DNA of 64,000 nt from Octopus vulgaris (Eukaryota), in the NCBI GenBank assembly GCA_951406725.2, contig OX597823.1:14198001-14262000 (forward strand). Direction: 5' to 3'. Below the pieces are notes generated by a model, which was not told where the DNA came from, did not search any database, and saw only the letters and a program-made list of their open reading frames with translations. Below are positions 36,839 to 50,251 of the stretch, in pieces. A program made the position numbers and the translations under genes. Positions within the stretch are counted from its first letter, which is position 1. Each line of letters opens with the position of its first letter.

Positions 36839-37054
36839 ATATGTGTTTGTGTGTCTGTGTTTGTCCCCCTTGCATTGCTTGACAACCGATGCTGGTGTGT
36901 TTACGTCCCCGTCACTTAGCTGTTCGGCAAAAGAGACCGATAGAATAAGTACTGGGCTTACAAAAAAATAAGTCCCGGGGTCGATTTTCTCGACTAAAGG
37001 CGGTGCTCCAGCATGGCCGCAGTCAAATGACTGAAACAAGTAAAAAGTAAAGTA
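36627..37054 (+). mobile_element. SINE family A
   Basis: Full length, little diverged. Confidence 0.88.
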
Positions 37055-37769
37055 AGTAAAGTTGTTGACAGGAAGAGCATCCAGCTGTAAAAACAATGCC
37101 TCAATAATATATTCCTGTAACACATGTTTGAATGGAAAAACAGAGATAGAAATAAATGAAAATATTTATATCTAATCAATATAAAGTGAGGATGTCGAAC
37201 ACCTAATCATGGTTTTATAAGGTCAATTCCTGAACAGTGTAGAGTGTTGTATATTCGATAAAGGAACATCATTTGAAGTTGCCCCAATTACTCAGCTGGA
37301 AATGTATAACAGCCAACCCTTCATCTCTCATAACCTCAATGTTCTGCTGTGTCAAGGAGTGCCAGGGCTGAATGAGAGCCTATTTGTTAAGAAGACACGA
37401 GTACTCTTTACCGAGGTATACTCACCCACAAGTAATGACTATACCAGTGTTACATATAGATAGAGAGATATACACAGGAGTCAACCATTATTGGTGCCAT
37501 AATTGAGTATTTCTCAGCAGACATTTGTACACTTCAAGAATTATAGAGTTAAATTCAGCATGCCATACTGCAAGATGGTTGATGCTTTGAACAACAAAAA
37601 ATGCCATGGAGGCTCTTTTAAGCAACAGAAAGGAAACAGCAGAAAGCTATTATAGTAACAGACACTTCTAACATGGTGTGGTCAAATCTAGGATCATGGT
37701 TAAGTGAACAGTTTTAATTAGTGTTCATCATATATATGTGTGTGTATATATATATACACACACACATAC

Positions 37770-37806
<37 letters not shown>

Positions 37807-37994
37807 ACTGTGCGTGGGTGCACGATATATATGTGCATATATATGTATCAATACATATGTTTGTGCGTGTGTGAGTATGCATTATACGAATGTGTTAAAT
37901 ATACATATATATATACATATAAATATATGTATATCTATACGTGTGTGAATGTCTATACACATATGTATATATACATATACATACATAGTGTGTG

Positions 37995-38032
<38 letters not shown>

Positions 38033-39384
38033 TATATATACACACATACAGTGTGTATATATATAAATACATGTGTGTTTCTATGTACATAATAAACATA
38101 CATATACTACATTATAATATATATGTGTGTGTGTGTCTATGTACATAATAAACATACATACATATACTACATTATAATATATATATAATGCCTATATACA
38201 CGTAATACAAGTTCGTAGGAGCAATGTTATAATCGGGGATTCAAGGACTGCGCTTAGTAAGCACGTCTTTCTGCGTTCAATCTCCCTTCGAAGCACTTTG
38301 GGCAATTATTAATTAATTAACTTTTTTTATTAATTAATTAATGTCATGCGTGTGTTTTTGCAGAACGTTATCTATCTGTAATTGCAACTTTTATGTGATT
38401 CGATACTTGATCACATCATTAGATCGAAATATACACTAGAGTTTGGTATGTTAAGTGAATACCCTTCAGATTCGGTGCTCCAGCATGGCCGCGCAATCCA
38501 GTAATTAAAGCCAATATGCACTCACACGATAGATATATGTATATATATTCATAGACACAAACTTGCATAATGAACCCTTACATACTTAATGAAACCTAAT
38601 TGCGTTCACACAATATTGATATTCACATAAAATCCATACACTCAAATACGCACATACATATATACATACACAAGGCGTGTATATATATATATATATACAC
38701 AATTTTCTAAATATACATACATTATACGTGATAGGGGCATGTGTTACAACACGTATACAAAATCGTATAGACACGTAGACATTGGGTACATACGTATGTG
38801 TGATTTGTGTGTGTGCATTGACAGGAAAATAGCAATATCTGTACTCACACAACAGTCTATTATATACGACCAACATCTTGGTGTGTGTGTATATATATCT
38901 ATATATATATATAGATATATATAGATATATATATACATCCACTGTAATCCTACGTTAAAAAGCCGATGCTACACACCGTAGCACTAAACACTTCAATTTT
39001 ATTCACACTCTGTATTGACTTTTACATTATACACCTACCTGAGTGATACACTCACTTTAAAATAATATACACACATAACTGTAGAGGGTGTAGAACTGAT
39101 ATCGCACATTTTTACATTACACACACCATTTTTCATATAGCGTATGTGTAAATATATTATATATATATATATGTATATATATTACATCGAGGATATGAAC
39201 ATCTCTTAAAGGGATGTCAACATTTTTTCTTATACATAAATAATATATATATATAAATATATACACACTCACATACTACATACATGCTACATATATGTGT
39301 GTGTGTAAATATATGCACAGGAACTTCATAATACTAATGCAGAAAATATACGTATTTGTGCATGTGCGTACAAAAGGTAAAGCA

Positions 39385-39456
<72 letters not shown>

Positions 39457-39703
39457 TTACACGGAATTCACTGCACACACACACATTGTATTAGATAAAT
39501 CTATTACTTGCCTTACATACCTTGCATTACACACATACTTTACATTACACAAATATTTCACATCACGCAAATAACTCTACACACACGACATAAATACATG
39601 CTTTATTTTACACACACACACAACACACACATGTAAATGTTATTTTTATACATACTCATTAGTATTGAATTTCATATACACATAAGATCACCATATACAT
39701 ATA

Positions 39704-39848
39704 TATATTACACATACAAGTATAGACACACAGAATTAAAAGTATGTATCTGTGTGTATGTATGTATAAATGTGTATATATATATATATTACACATACAA
39801 GTATAGACACACAGAATTAAAAGTATGTATCTGTGTGTATGTATGTAT
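39704..39848 (+). repeat. Tandem duplication, ~64-bp core
   Basis: TATTACACATACAAGTATAGACACACAGAATTAAAAGTATGTATCTGTGTG occurs twice. Confidence 0.85.
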
Positions 39849-40352
39849 ATATATATATATATATATATACATATATATAATGCATTACATATTTTACAGT
39901 CATAGATATGCACACAATTTATATTAATTTCCCTAACACATCTCTAACGTTTTTGCCATGTCAGAGCAGCAAGGAGAATGTTTATATGTATATGTATATA
40001 TATACACGCGCGCACGTACACTCTTTGCTTGTACGAATCCTTGAGAATGGTTAATTGTGTAACGTAAGAAAATACTTCCTTTCTGAACAAGGAGGCCACA
40101 TGAATCACACACAACTGCTGAGACCTCATTCTCTATTTAGAAAACAGCTATTAAAACCAGGTCACTAGACAATGTAGTATAAAGGCAATATGATATTACT
40201 ACTGAAAGAGACTTCTAAAAACAAAAAAAAATCAAATAAACCCACGCCCTTACTAGTATTACAGACCCGATTGTGCAAATAAATATCAATATAAATACAT
40301 ATATATATACATACATACATACATATATATATAAACTTGAAAATATTCTCAC

Positions 40353-41214
40353 CTGGTTTGTAACTGGCATCAAAGCTGAAGACCCGTCCACATAATTTGT
40401 GATCTTTCTTGAAGCGAACCTCGAATGGCACGCACGTAGACAAAACCGAGATAGTTTCACGGACGGCAGCAGGCCGATTGTTAGGGTCTGAGTCCGGTGA
40501 CCCACGTTTTATGTCATCGCTACTGGAATGATTAGAATTGTCATCATCTTCGTGGTCAGCAGCACGCTTACCATTCATTATTCCAATCGGTTGGTTAGGC
40601 CCGGTGCTTGGACCTGAACTTCGCACCGAATTTTGTATATTGGTGTGGTGAGATAAACCCATATGATGAGGCGGGACACCAGACGGGGGCATATGCCCGT
40701 TGCGAGAATTCATGGGGACCCCTAACCCAGCTGAATTACCACGATGCATCTCTGCTACGCTCTCCGGGTCGTTCCGATGGTGAATTCCAACACCAGGAGG
40801 GACAGGGTTTGGGATTCTTTGTTGTGACTGTTTATATTCCATCATTCGATTATTAGCAACAACACGGTTGTCATGTAGTGGGTATCTATCCATAGCCCCG
40901 GGTGGTGGGGCAACACCGTGGTTTCGCGAATCCATACTGGCGTGATGTGTCGGGGGTGCGTCATGTAAACTCCTGGGTGGAACCCCTGCAGGAGGAGGTG
41001 GTGGTTGCTTCACGTAAGGTTTCACATCCTGGAATCCATAAGCTCTCTTCATCTGACGAGCCGATTCAATAACCATCTCGATCCGGTCAGGGCCTTCATA
41101 GTTCACACAACCACGACAAACATGCTCAGAGAAATCATGTAGCATAGCCCATTGAGATCGGGGCAAGTCACACAGGTAACAGTGTTGCCGCTGAGCACTC
41201 GGAGCTAGTGACAT
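40353..41214 (-). CDS. IRF2BPL: First coding exon of an interferon regulatory factor 2-binding protein family gene (IRF2BPL/IRF2BP2/pits-like transcriptional corepressor)
   Basis: ATG at 41214 gives [46 protein letters not shown], the IRF-2BP N-terminal C4 zinc finger. A P/H/N-rich linker follows, then [26 protein letters not shown], matching the IRF2BPL central conserved block. Homology stops exactly at a CAG|GTGAGA donor (intron starts 40352, phase 1). The C-terminal RING is not in the window. The symbol names the closest vertebrate paralogue. Confidence 0.93.
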
Positions 41215-42090
41215 CCTGTCTACCTTCAATATTTTCCCTTTCTAGCCAAACACTGACCGGGATAAAATATAACAAACCGTAGCAGTCCTTGTGGTACCTT
41301 TTCGTATCCTCCTCCAAGTCGATATAGAGAATAGGTGAGAGATAGAGAGAGAGAGAGAGAGGGAAAGAGAAATAATGAGAGAGAAAGAGAGAGAGTAAGA
41401 GGTGTTATAAGATTTTTTTTTTTCCTTTCTGTTTGGTTTATCACAATCCTGATGTAATTTAGTGAGAAGAAATAGTGTAATATATATTATTATCGAGCTA
41501 ACATTTTTCCACAAAATCCACGATGGTTTCGCTCTGTGACGTGTTGATTTTTATTCTGATGATTAAGTGAATTAAAGTTGATAATAAATCGTTTTACGCA
41601 TAACGCAGAGTTAAGAGATAAAACTTCATTCATGTCGCGTTAATAATAAATAGGACCTTCTCTTATTATTTCTATAATTTATAGTATAGATACCATTGTC
41701 GTTAAATACGCATACATATTTTTTTTTCCTTTCCTTTGCTCCTGTGTAGACGAGCGTGTGTATATCTATGCGTGCGTGTGTGCGTGTATGTGTGTTTAAA
41801 TATATTCCTTGTAAATAATTTAACGCCGGACGTTTCTTTTCCTATTTTTCCCTTATTTTTGGGGAGGGTTTTTTTTTTTTTCCTTTTTTTTCTCACACGT
41901 CGTTTAAATTCATATCAGAATGAAAGACAGCCTTGCCATTTGGTGAGGTCGAAAAATACCTGCTACCCACCATTGTTAGCTAACTTCCATCAAACTGGCT
42001 GGCGTCAGGTAAAGACAGCAGAATCGACCATCCACACAGCAACCTATCCATGGTACAAGATAAGACATAGTTTGTCTTAACATCTAAAAA
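41215..42090 (-). promoter_or_regulatory. Probable 5' UTR and proximal promoter of the IRF2BP-family gene
   Basis: TE-free, CpG-retaining unique sequence directly upstream of the ATG. Contains GCCATTT (YY1-like, ~41935) and TGACG half-sites (~41537, ~42002). The TSS cannot be determined from sequence. Confidence 0.45.
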
Positions 42091-43304
42091 AAAAAAAAGC
42101 CTTGCTGCTGTGTTTACCAAGCAGCAACACCACCACCGCCACTACACATACAACCAAACTATAGAAGCGCTGATGGTGATGAAGGAAGTGGTTGGAAAGT
42201 GAAGACAGCACTGAACAGTGGTGGTGATGGTAATAGCACTGTAGAAGTAGTAGTATAATTAGTAGTAGTAGCAGCAGCAGCAGTGGTGGAGGTAGTAGAA
42301 GTAGTAATAGTTGTATTAGTAAGGTAGCAGCAGTGGTTTTAGTAATTGATGTTGTCTAAGACAGACGTTCGTTAGCACCCTGTTGTTGCTTCACTGAGCG
42401 CTAGACTTTTTATGATCAACGGCATTCCAGCCATGACCATCAAGTTTTTTTTCTGCATATTTTACGATTACATGCTACAAATGTCATTCTTTTGTTGTTG
42501 TTGTTATTGTTGTTGTTGATGTTTTCTTTTTATTTATTTTTTCTTTAAAAGGTGGTAGTGTATGCTTGGCGAGAAATATTGGCTGCTATTTCTAACAGGT
42601 CCAAGGAGACCAAGGGAGAAGCTCTAAGAAAAAAAAAACGGTGTGGCTTTTGTGGCGGCGGAACCGAACTGTGACAGCGGCGAGGGTGACGGTGTTAGTA
42701 GAGATTATAGAGGAAGTTGTAGTAATGCTGGTTAACTAAGCCAGTAGTAGTAGTAGTAATAGTAGTAGTAGTAGTGTGACGGCTTTTACTGTGATGGTGG
42801 TGGTGGTGGTGGTGGATGGTGGTGGATGCGACGAAGGCGATAATGTTAATTCAGCTATTATTATTACTACTACTAGGTTCAGTAATAGTAGTAGTAGAAG
42901 TATTGTAGTAGAAATAGGGGTGGTTGTTTAAGGAAACAGTAACAGTAGTAATACTAGTCGGTGGTGGTGGGGTTAATACGATAGGGTTGACCATAGGCTC
43001 TGATAGTCATAGTGGTAGTACTGATGTATGTGTGAAGTGGTGGTGGTCGTGGCGGCGGCGGTGGTTGTAATGGGTTTGTTGCCGATTAACCAACCCCAGG
43101 CGATCCAGACGTGAACATTTTAGGCTTGTTATGTGTCAGAGACTTTATGCACAAAATGTACAATGAGGCTTTTTTCCTGCTTGTTTGTTTATTTGTTTAT
43201 AATAACAAAGTCGGGGCGATATTTGAGGAACATTTTGGCTTCTAATTTTAGCAGGTCGAGCGATTTTTCGTAGAGGATCGTAGGAGCCTCTTAAGGTTTG
43301 TAGA

Positions 43305-43308
43305 TAAC

Positions 43309-43342
<34 letters not shown>

Positions 43343-43471
43343 CTTGCTTCCGTACTTGTGTAATGTGGTAATGGAATTGTTTCCGTATTAATGTCAGTCG
43401 TGTGGTGGTGGTGGTGGTGGTGGTGTCGGCAATAGTGGTGACGGTGGTGGTGTTGTTGTTGTTGTTGGTGG

Positions 43472-43510
<39 letters not shown>

Positions 43511-43958
43511 GATAGTGATAGTGGTGACGGTGGTGGTGGTGGTGGTGTTGGTGGTGATGATGTCGGCAATAGTGGTAGTGACGATGGTGGTGGTGGTTAT
43601 GGCGGCGGCGGCGGTAGTTGTGTCTGGTAGTAGTGGTGGTGGTGGTGGTCGTCGTGTGTGAGAGGGGGGTGATGGGTGTCGTCTAGTAGTGGTGGTGGTG
43701 TTGATAATGATGGAGAACAAAAGTGTGTATTAGTGTTGATAGTAATACTGGTGGTGGTGGTGGTGGTGGTGGCGGCGACGACGATAGTTGTCGTGGTGGT
43801 GGTGATGGTGATGGCGGCTGCGACTACGGGGGGCGACGGTAGCGGTGTAGTGATGTCAGAATTGGCGGTAACAACGATGGTGTTGAGAAACAGCAACAAC
43901 AGCAGCAGCAGCGGCGGCAGCAATAGCAGCACCAGCAGCAGCAGCATCAGCAGCAGCT
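43305..43958. repeat. Compound trinucleotide repeat block (GAT, GGT, GTT, GGC, CAG)
   Basis: Direct inspection. Confidence 0.9.
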
Positions 43959-44827
43959 CAGTGCGTGTTCGTTCATTCAGTTTAAAATGAGGTCTGAACT
44001 CTAGAGACAGTTACAGACCTTGTTTTCTTTTAGGTTTTTTGCTGGTCACACACACACACACATATACTCCCAGCTTGTTTGTATGTATATATGTGACGTA
44101 CATGTCTTGGCCTGTGTGGATATATATCTCTATATATAATCTATATATATATATATATATTTACATATACACACACATGTACATGTGTGTGTGGTGTCGG
44201 TAATACGGTACAGTGCAGTGCAGTTGTACGGAAGCGTCAAACACGCGGGGATATAAATATATCTGGTATATATAAATGTTGGTATGTGTGTGTATGTGTG
44301 CTATATACATATATATATATATATATATATTATTTATATTTATATTATGACTATGGAGTGGCGCACATTTGTGTGTAATTGGGAGTGTGCGTATATTTAT
44401 AGTACTGCGGTGCAATTATAGAAAAACATCCTGTATATATAGATAGATACATACATACATACGCTCAGTTATTCATTTGCATACACATGTATGTATATAT
44501 ATATATATATATAGATAGATCCGGTTGGCATGTGTGTCGAAAACTAAGCAGTTTAGTGAAAAAAGCACGTGTTCATATATATATATATATATGAGAGAGA
44601 GTGTGTGTGTGTGTATGTTTAGTATTAAGTGTTTTAGTTGTCGTACGATTGTTGTATAGCAAAAAAAGAAACAACTTTTATTTAATATGTCGGTCGTGCT
44701 AGTATCTACGCTCACATACACATTGTGCCAATAAAATAAACACATCTCCATAATAATACTTTTGTACATTCAGCGATGTAATATATTGTACACTACACGG
44801 CATACTTACAAACATGAACACCTCGTA

Positions 44828-44918
<91 letters not shown>

Positions 44919-44919
<1 letters not shown>

Positions 44920-45272
44920 GTGGCTGTGTGGTAAGTAGCTTGCTTACCAACCACATGGTTCCGGGTTCAGTCCCACTGCGTGGCATCTTGGGCAAGTGTC
45001 TTCTACTATAGCGTTGGGTTGACCAAAGAAAACTGAAAGAAGCCCGTCCTATATATATGTGTGTGTGTAAGTTTGTGTGTCTGTCACCCCACCACCATCG
45101 CTTGACAACCGATGCTGCTGTGTTTACGTCCCCGCAACTTAGCGGTTCGGCAAAAGAGGACGATAGAATAAGTACTAGGCTAACAAAGAATAAAAATCCT
45201 GGGGTCGCCTTGTTCGACTAAAGGCGGTGCTCCAGCATGGCCGCAGTCAAATGACTGAAACAGACAAAAGAA
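44919..45272 (+). mobile_element. SINE family A
   Basis: Internal deletion, otherwise collinear. Confidence 0.85.
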
Positions 45273-45312
45273 TATGCCTTACATTCGATAGATAGATAGA
45301 TAGACAGATAGG

Positions 45313-45404
<92 letters not shown>

Positions 45405-45809
45405 CAGACAGAATGCGTCTCTAATCAATTCCATCACGATAATATATACTCGGAATGCCCGATGTAACATACGCACACAAACACAGACTGCTTTCTTGAT
45501 ATATATGCACATATCTTCATTAACGCTTTAATACACACACACACACACACATGCAGTGTTTAGATCAGATGAGCAAACGAAAAAACCTTTATGTAGTTGC
45601 TCGAACTACTAGAAATAGCAGCCTAAAATTTACCTATAATCACACCCTACTGTATTAAAAGGGAAGGAACGTTGAACAGTGTTGGACCTGGCGATACAAA
45701 AATACCGACAGAATCGTATTTAGTCATGGCCCAGATGGGAACAAGGCTGCCCTATTGATAAACAACATCCTCTCTCATATTTTCTCTCTCCCTGTACAAA
45801 TATTCTTTC

Positions 45810-46710
45810 TTAATTTTGGCACAAGGCTGGCAATGTTGCGGAGAAAGGGATTAATCGATTAATCGATAATATATATCCCCAGTGCTTCACTGGTACTTCA
45901 AATTTTTTACGAACTCGAAATAATAAAAGGTAAAGTCTACCTCGGCGGAATTCGAACTCAGAATGTAAAGAGCCGCAAGAAATGCCGCTAATCATTCTGA
46001 TCCGACATGCTAACGATTCTGCCAGCTCGCCTTAAATCGCACACATACACACACACACACATGCATTGTACCTATATAATATATACATATATTATCTATT
46101 TCTTTACTACCCACAAGGGGCTAAACACAGAGGGGACAAACAAGGACAGACAAACGGATTAAGTCGATTATATCGACTCCAGTGCGTAACTGGTACTTAA
46201 TTTATCGACCCCGAAAGGATGAAAAGGCAAAGTCGACCTCGACGGAATTTGAACCCAGACCGTAACGGCAGACGAAATACGGCTACACATTTCGCCCGGC
46301 GTGCTAACGTTTCTGCCAGCTCGCCTTAAATCGCACACACAGAAACAAACACACACACACACACACATACATCGTACCTATATAATATATATATATATAT
46401 TTCTTTACTACCCACAAGGGGCTAAACACATAGGGGACAAACAAGGACAGACATAGGTATTAAGTCGATTACATCGACCCCAGAGCGTAACTGGTGCTTA
46501 ATTTTATCGACCCTGAAAGGATGAAAACGCAAAGTCGACATCGGCGGAATTTGAACTCGGAACGTAACGGCAGACGAAATACGGCTAAGCATTTCGCCCG
46601 GCGTGCTAACGTTTCTGCCAGCTCGCCTTAAATCACACACACAGAAGCAAACACACACGCACACACACACACACACATACATTGTACCTATATAATATAT
46701 ACATATATTA
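45810..46710 (-). mobile_element. Three SINE family B copies in tandem with shared flank
   Basis: Copies at 45810-46033, 46095-46327 and 46399-46629, each followed by TAAATCRCACAC...GTACCTATATAATAT. Confidence 0.85.
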
Positions 46711-46959
46711 TCGCTATAACTTATACAAACAGCAACATGGCTGGCCTAGATATTTTTAATGTCCTCCTACTTCAACCTTCTCCGTACGCTCACAATCTCA
46801 GCCTCTTCCTCTTTCCCCCCTCTCCTTCACTTTTCCTTATATCGCTTCTTTCTTTGCGTTTTTTTCTCTCTTTCTTCCTTTCTGTCTATCATTTTTCATT
46901 TTCTTTCTGCTTTCCTTTTACAGTTTTTTTTTTGTCTTTCTTTCACATTTACACCCCTA

Positions 46960-47031
46960 ATAGGTTTATATATATATGTATACATATACATACACACACA
47001 CATACAAACATATATGTATACACACACGCAC

Positions 47032-47072
<41 letters not shown>

Positions 47073-47177
47073 TAAATATATATATGTATATATACACACA
47101 CAGATATATATATGTATATATACACACAGATATATATATGTATATATACACACAGATATATATATACACACACACAC

Positions 47178-47256
<79 letters not shown>

Positions 47257-47935
47257 TACACACAGATATATATATATATCTGTGTGTGTATATATATATA
47301 TATATATATAGACATACACACAGATATATATATATATTTATTTATATATATACACACACACACATATATATATATACACACACAGATATATATATATACA
47401 CACACACACACACATATATATATATGTATGTAAGTACATACACATACATGCATGTATGAGTGTTTTTGTCGAGACAGAGGTAGTTATGTGCTATATACGT
47501 GCGTACGTGAATTTTTGAGAGTGAGTGTGTGTACATATACGTCTGTGCGCGCGCGCGAATGCGCGTGTGTGTGAGTGCACATTTATAAATATATGTCACG
47601 ATCACTTTTATATCTAACAATGACCGTATTCTTCCGCCCTCACGTATCAAACCTTCTCTCTGTTTTTCTGTCTGCTGTACGTGTATTTATGTAGTGGTTT
47701 CCGTACCTCCATATTACACCCATCCAAAAGACTCCTGCCCCGCCTCTCTCTCTTTCTCTCTCTTTCTCATTTTCTCTCTCTCTCTCTTTCTCCCTCTCTT
47801 TCTCTCTCTCTTTCTCTCTCCCCTTATCTCTCACTTTCTTTCCCTTTCCCTCTTTCTCTCTCTCTGTTTCTCTCTCTCCCCCCTCTCTATCTATTTATCT
47901 ATCTATCGATTTTTTCCTCTTTCTCTTTCTCTCTT

Positions 47936-47979
<44 letters not shown>

Positions 47980-48011
47980 TGCATGTGCGTGCGTGTGTGC
48001 GCGTATATATT

Positions 48012-48103
<92 letters not shown>

Positions 48104-48136
48104 CAGACAGACAGACAGACAGATAGACAGACAAAC

Positions 48137-48226
<90 letters not shown>

Positions 48227-48250
48227 TTCAATCTGTATATATATATATAT
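46960..48250. repeat. (TA)n/(CA)n/(CT)n/(GATA)n microsatellite block
   Basis: Direct inspection. Confidence 0.9.
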
Positions 48251-49171
48251 ATAAAATGCATAAGAACATATATCACTGAAAGCCTGTTAAACTGCGTTAT
48301 TCATTTCGTGAAAGCATGTCAAATTGAGGTAGAGTGTTAGAAAAAAAAACCCAAAAGGAAGTTAGCAAGCAGCAGGCCAAAATCACCTAGCAGCGACGAT
48401 AGCATTACTCATACGCATTTCTGCTTCATTGAGCTTCGTCAGTAGCATTGTTAGAGGAAGACGGTGACTTTATTGCTTGGAAAATACTAAAAAAATTTCG
48501 GAGAGAAAATGTAGTTAGGCGGCAGACTGAATTAAAATTCGTTTCTAGTAACTGAAACAGTATTAGTTTAAATAAACAAACTGTATACCATACTTAATGT
48601 AGATATGCGGTTGAAAGAGTGCTAAACTTTACTACACGTTTCGAGAAACCGCCTCTTATAGACATAGATATTCACATAAATACATACATACATACATACA
48701 TACATACATACATACATACATAGTTACATACATACATACAAACATACATACATACATACATACATACATACATACATACATACATACATACATACATACA
48801 TACATACATACATACATACATACATACATAATTACATACATACATACTTACATATATGGTTTGTGATTCTTCGTCAGTTATCGACCAATTGATAATATTC
48901 CGTATCGCACCTTTAACGATAAGATGAGTGCTTCCCAATTGGCGGTGCCCGAAAAAAAAAAAGGTTTTCTGGCGAAGAATTAGGGATGAGAGCAAACAAA
49001 ACAAAACAAAACAAAACAAGCAAAACGACACAGAGTTCGATTCAGGACGGCGGATCAAGGACGAACAGTCGAACAAAATACGAGAACAGTGGGTAACACG
49101 TAGAAAATGTCTTGAAGAATGGAGAACGGAGAGACTATTTTGTGTGTGTGTGTGTGTGTGTGTGTTTATAT

Positions 49172-49524
49172 ATGGCTGTGTGGTAAGTAGCTTGCTAACC
49201 AACCACATGGTTCCGGGTTCAGTCCCACTGCCTTGTGAGTGGATTTGGTAGACGGAAACTGAAAGAAGCCTGTCGTATATATGTATATCTATATGTATTT
49301 GTGTGTGTGTTTGTGTGTCTGTGTTTGCCCCCCTAGCATTGCTTGACAACCGATACTGGTGTGTGTTTACGTCCCCGTCACTTAGCGGTTCGGCAAAAGA
49401 GACCAATAGAATAAGTACTGGGCTTACAAAGAATAAGTCCCGGGGTCGATTTGCTCGACTAAAGGCGGTGCTCCAGCATGGCCGCAGTCAAATGACTGAA
49501 ACAAGTAAAAGAGAGAAAAGAGAG
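49172..49524 (+). mobile_element. SINE family A
   Basis: Core partly deleted. Confidence 0.85.
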
Positions 49525-49812
49525 TATATATATACAGACATATGACCCGAATGGTTAAGAAGTTCGCTTCGCAAGTACAAGACCCCAGTTTCGATTCCGC
49601 TGCGTGCGACATCCATCTTCGATAAGACTCATTTTCTACACCTCTCAATTTAACCTGTACTTTACGAATAGCAATGGGTAGACGGAAACTGTGTCGAAGC
49701 TCCTTTGAGGATGTAGCATGACTGCAATTCTCTACAATTCAAAAGCGTAACCTTGTCGCACTGTGCCGCGTCGAGAAGCATAGTTGTTTGAGGTATACTC
49801 AGCTACTTACAC

Positions 49813-49983
49813 GCCTTTTAGTCGAACAAATCGACCCCAGGGCTTGTTCTTTGTAAGCCTGGTACTTATTCTATCGGTTACTTTTGCCTAACCGCTAAGT
49901 TATTATTTTAGTCTTTTACTTGTTTCAGTCATTTGACTGCGGCCATGCTGGAGCACCGCCTTTTAGTCGAACAAAGCGACCCT
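49813..49983 (-). mobile_element. Rearranged SINE family A tail fragments
   Basis: Two overlapping tail pieces in permuted order. Confidence 0.7.
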
Positions 49984-50086
49984 ATTAAATTCGCTGTGAT
50001 TTTTTCTTCCTGTTTTCTTTTTTTTAATTAATTTTAATTACCTACGCGCGCATACATGTGCGAGCGAATACACAACATCACGCGCG

Positions 50087-50121
<35 letters not shown>

Positions 50122-50251
50122 GAAACACACCTGAAACACTACTAAAAACAATTACCCAGTTATCAGAGTTTCCCCACCGTTTCTTGGTCAGCTACGAAAC
50201 CTTAACCATAATTTTAGGATTGAAACACTTAAATAAATAAATAAATAAATA

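Larger units (their letters stand above)
1..40352 (-). other. Probable large intron of the IRF2BP-family gene
   Basis: GT donor at 40352-40351. By eye, no minus-strand segment encodes the expected continuation (vertebrate MDYELKLFIEYP-like). The region is repeat-filled and mostly CpG-poor. Confidence 0.6.

Noticed and set aside
40165-41229. The full 354-aa ORF as a single-exon gene
   Set aside because: It starts at a TTG five codons before the likely ATG (41214). After the GT donor at 40352 it reads into TA-repeat intron sequence ([16 protein letters not shown]).
41490-41633. 47-codon upstream ORF in the putative 5' UTR
   Set aside because: The TSS is unknown and there is no conservation evidence; ORFs of this length are expected by chance.
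43291-43990. PolyQ/polyH/polyP ORFs as an upstream IRF2BP exon
   Set aside because: Trinucleotide repeats open in several frames. The IRF2BP N-terminus is already complete at 41214 and no splice link is evident.
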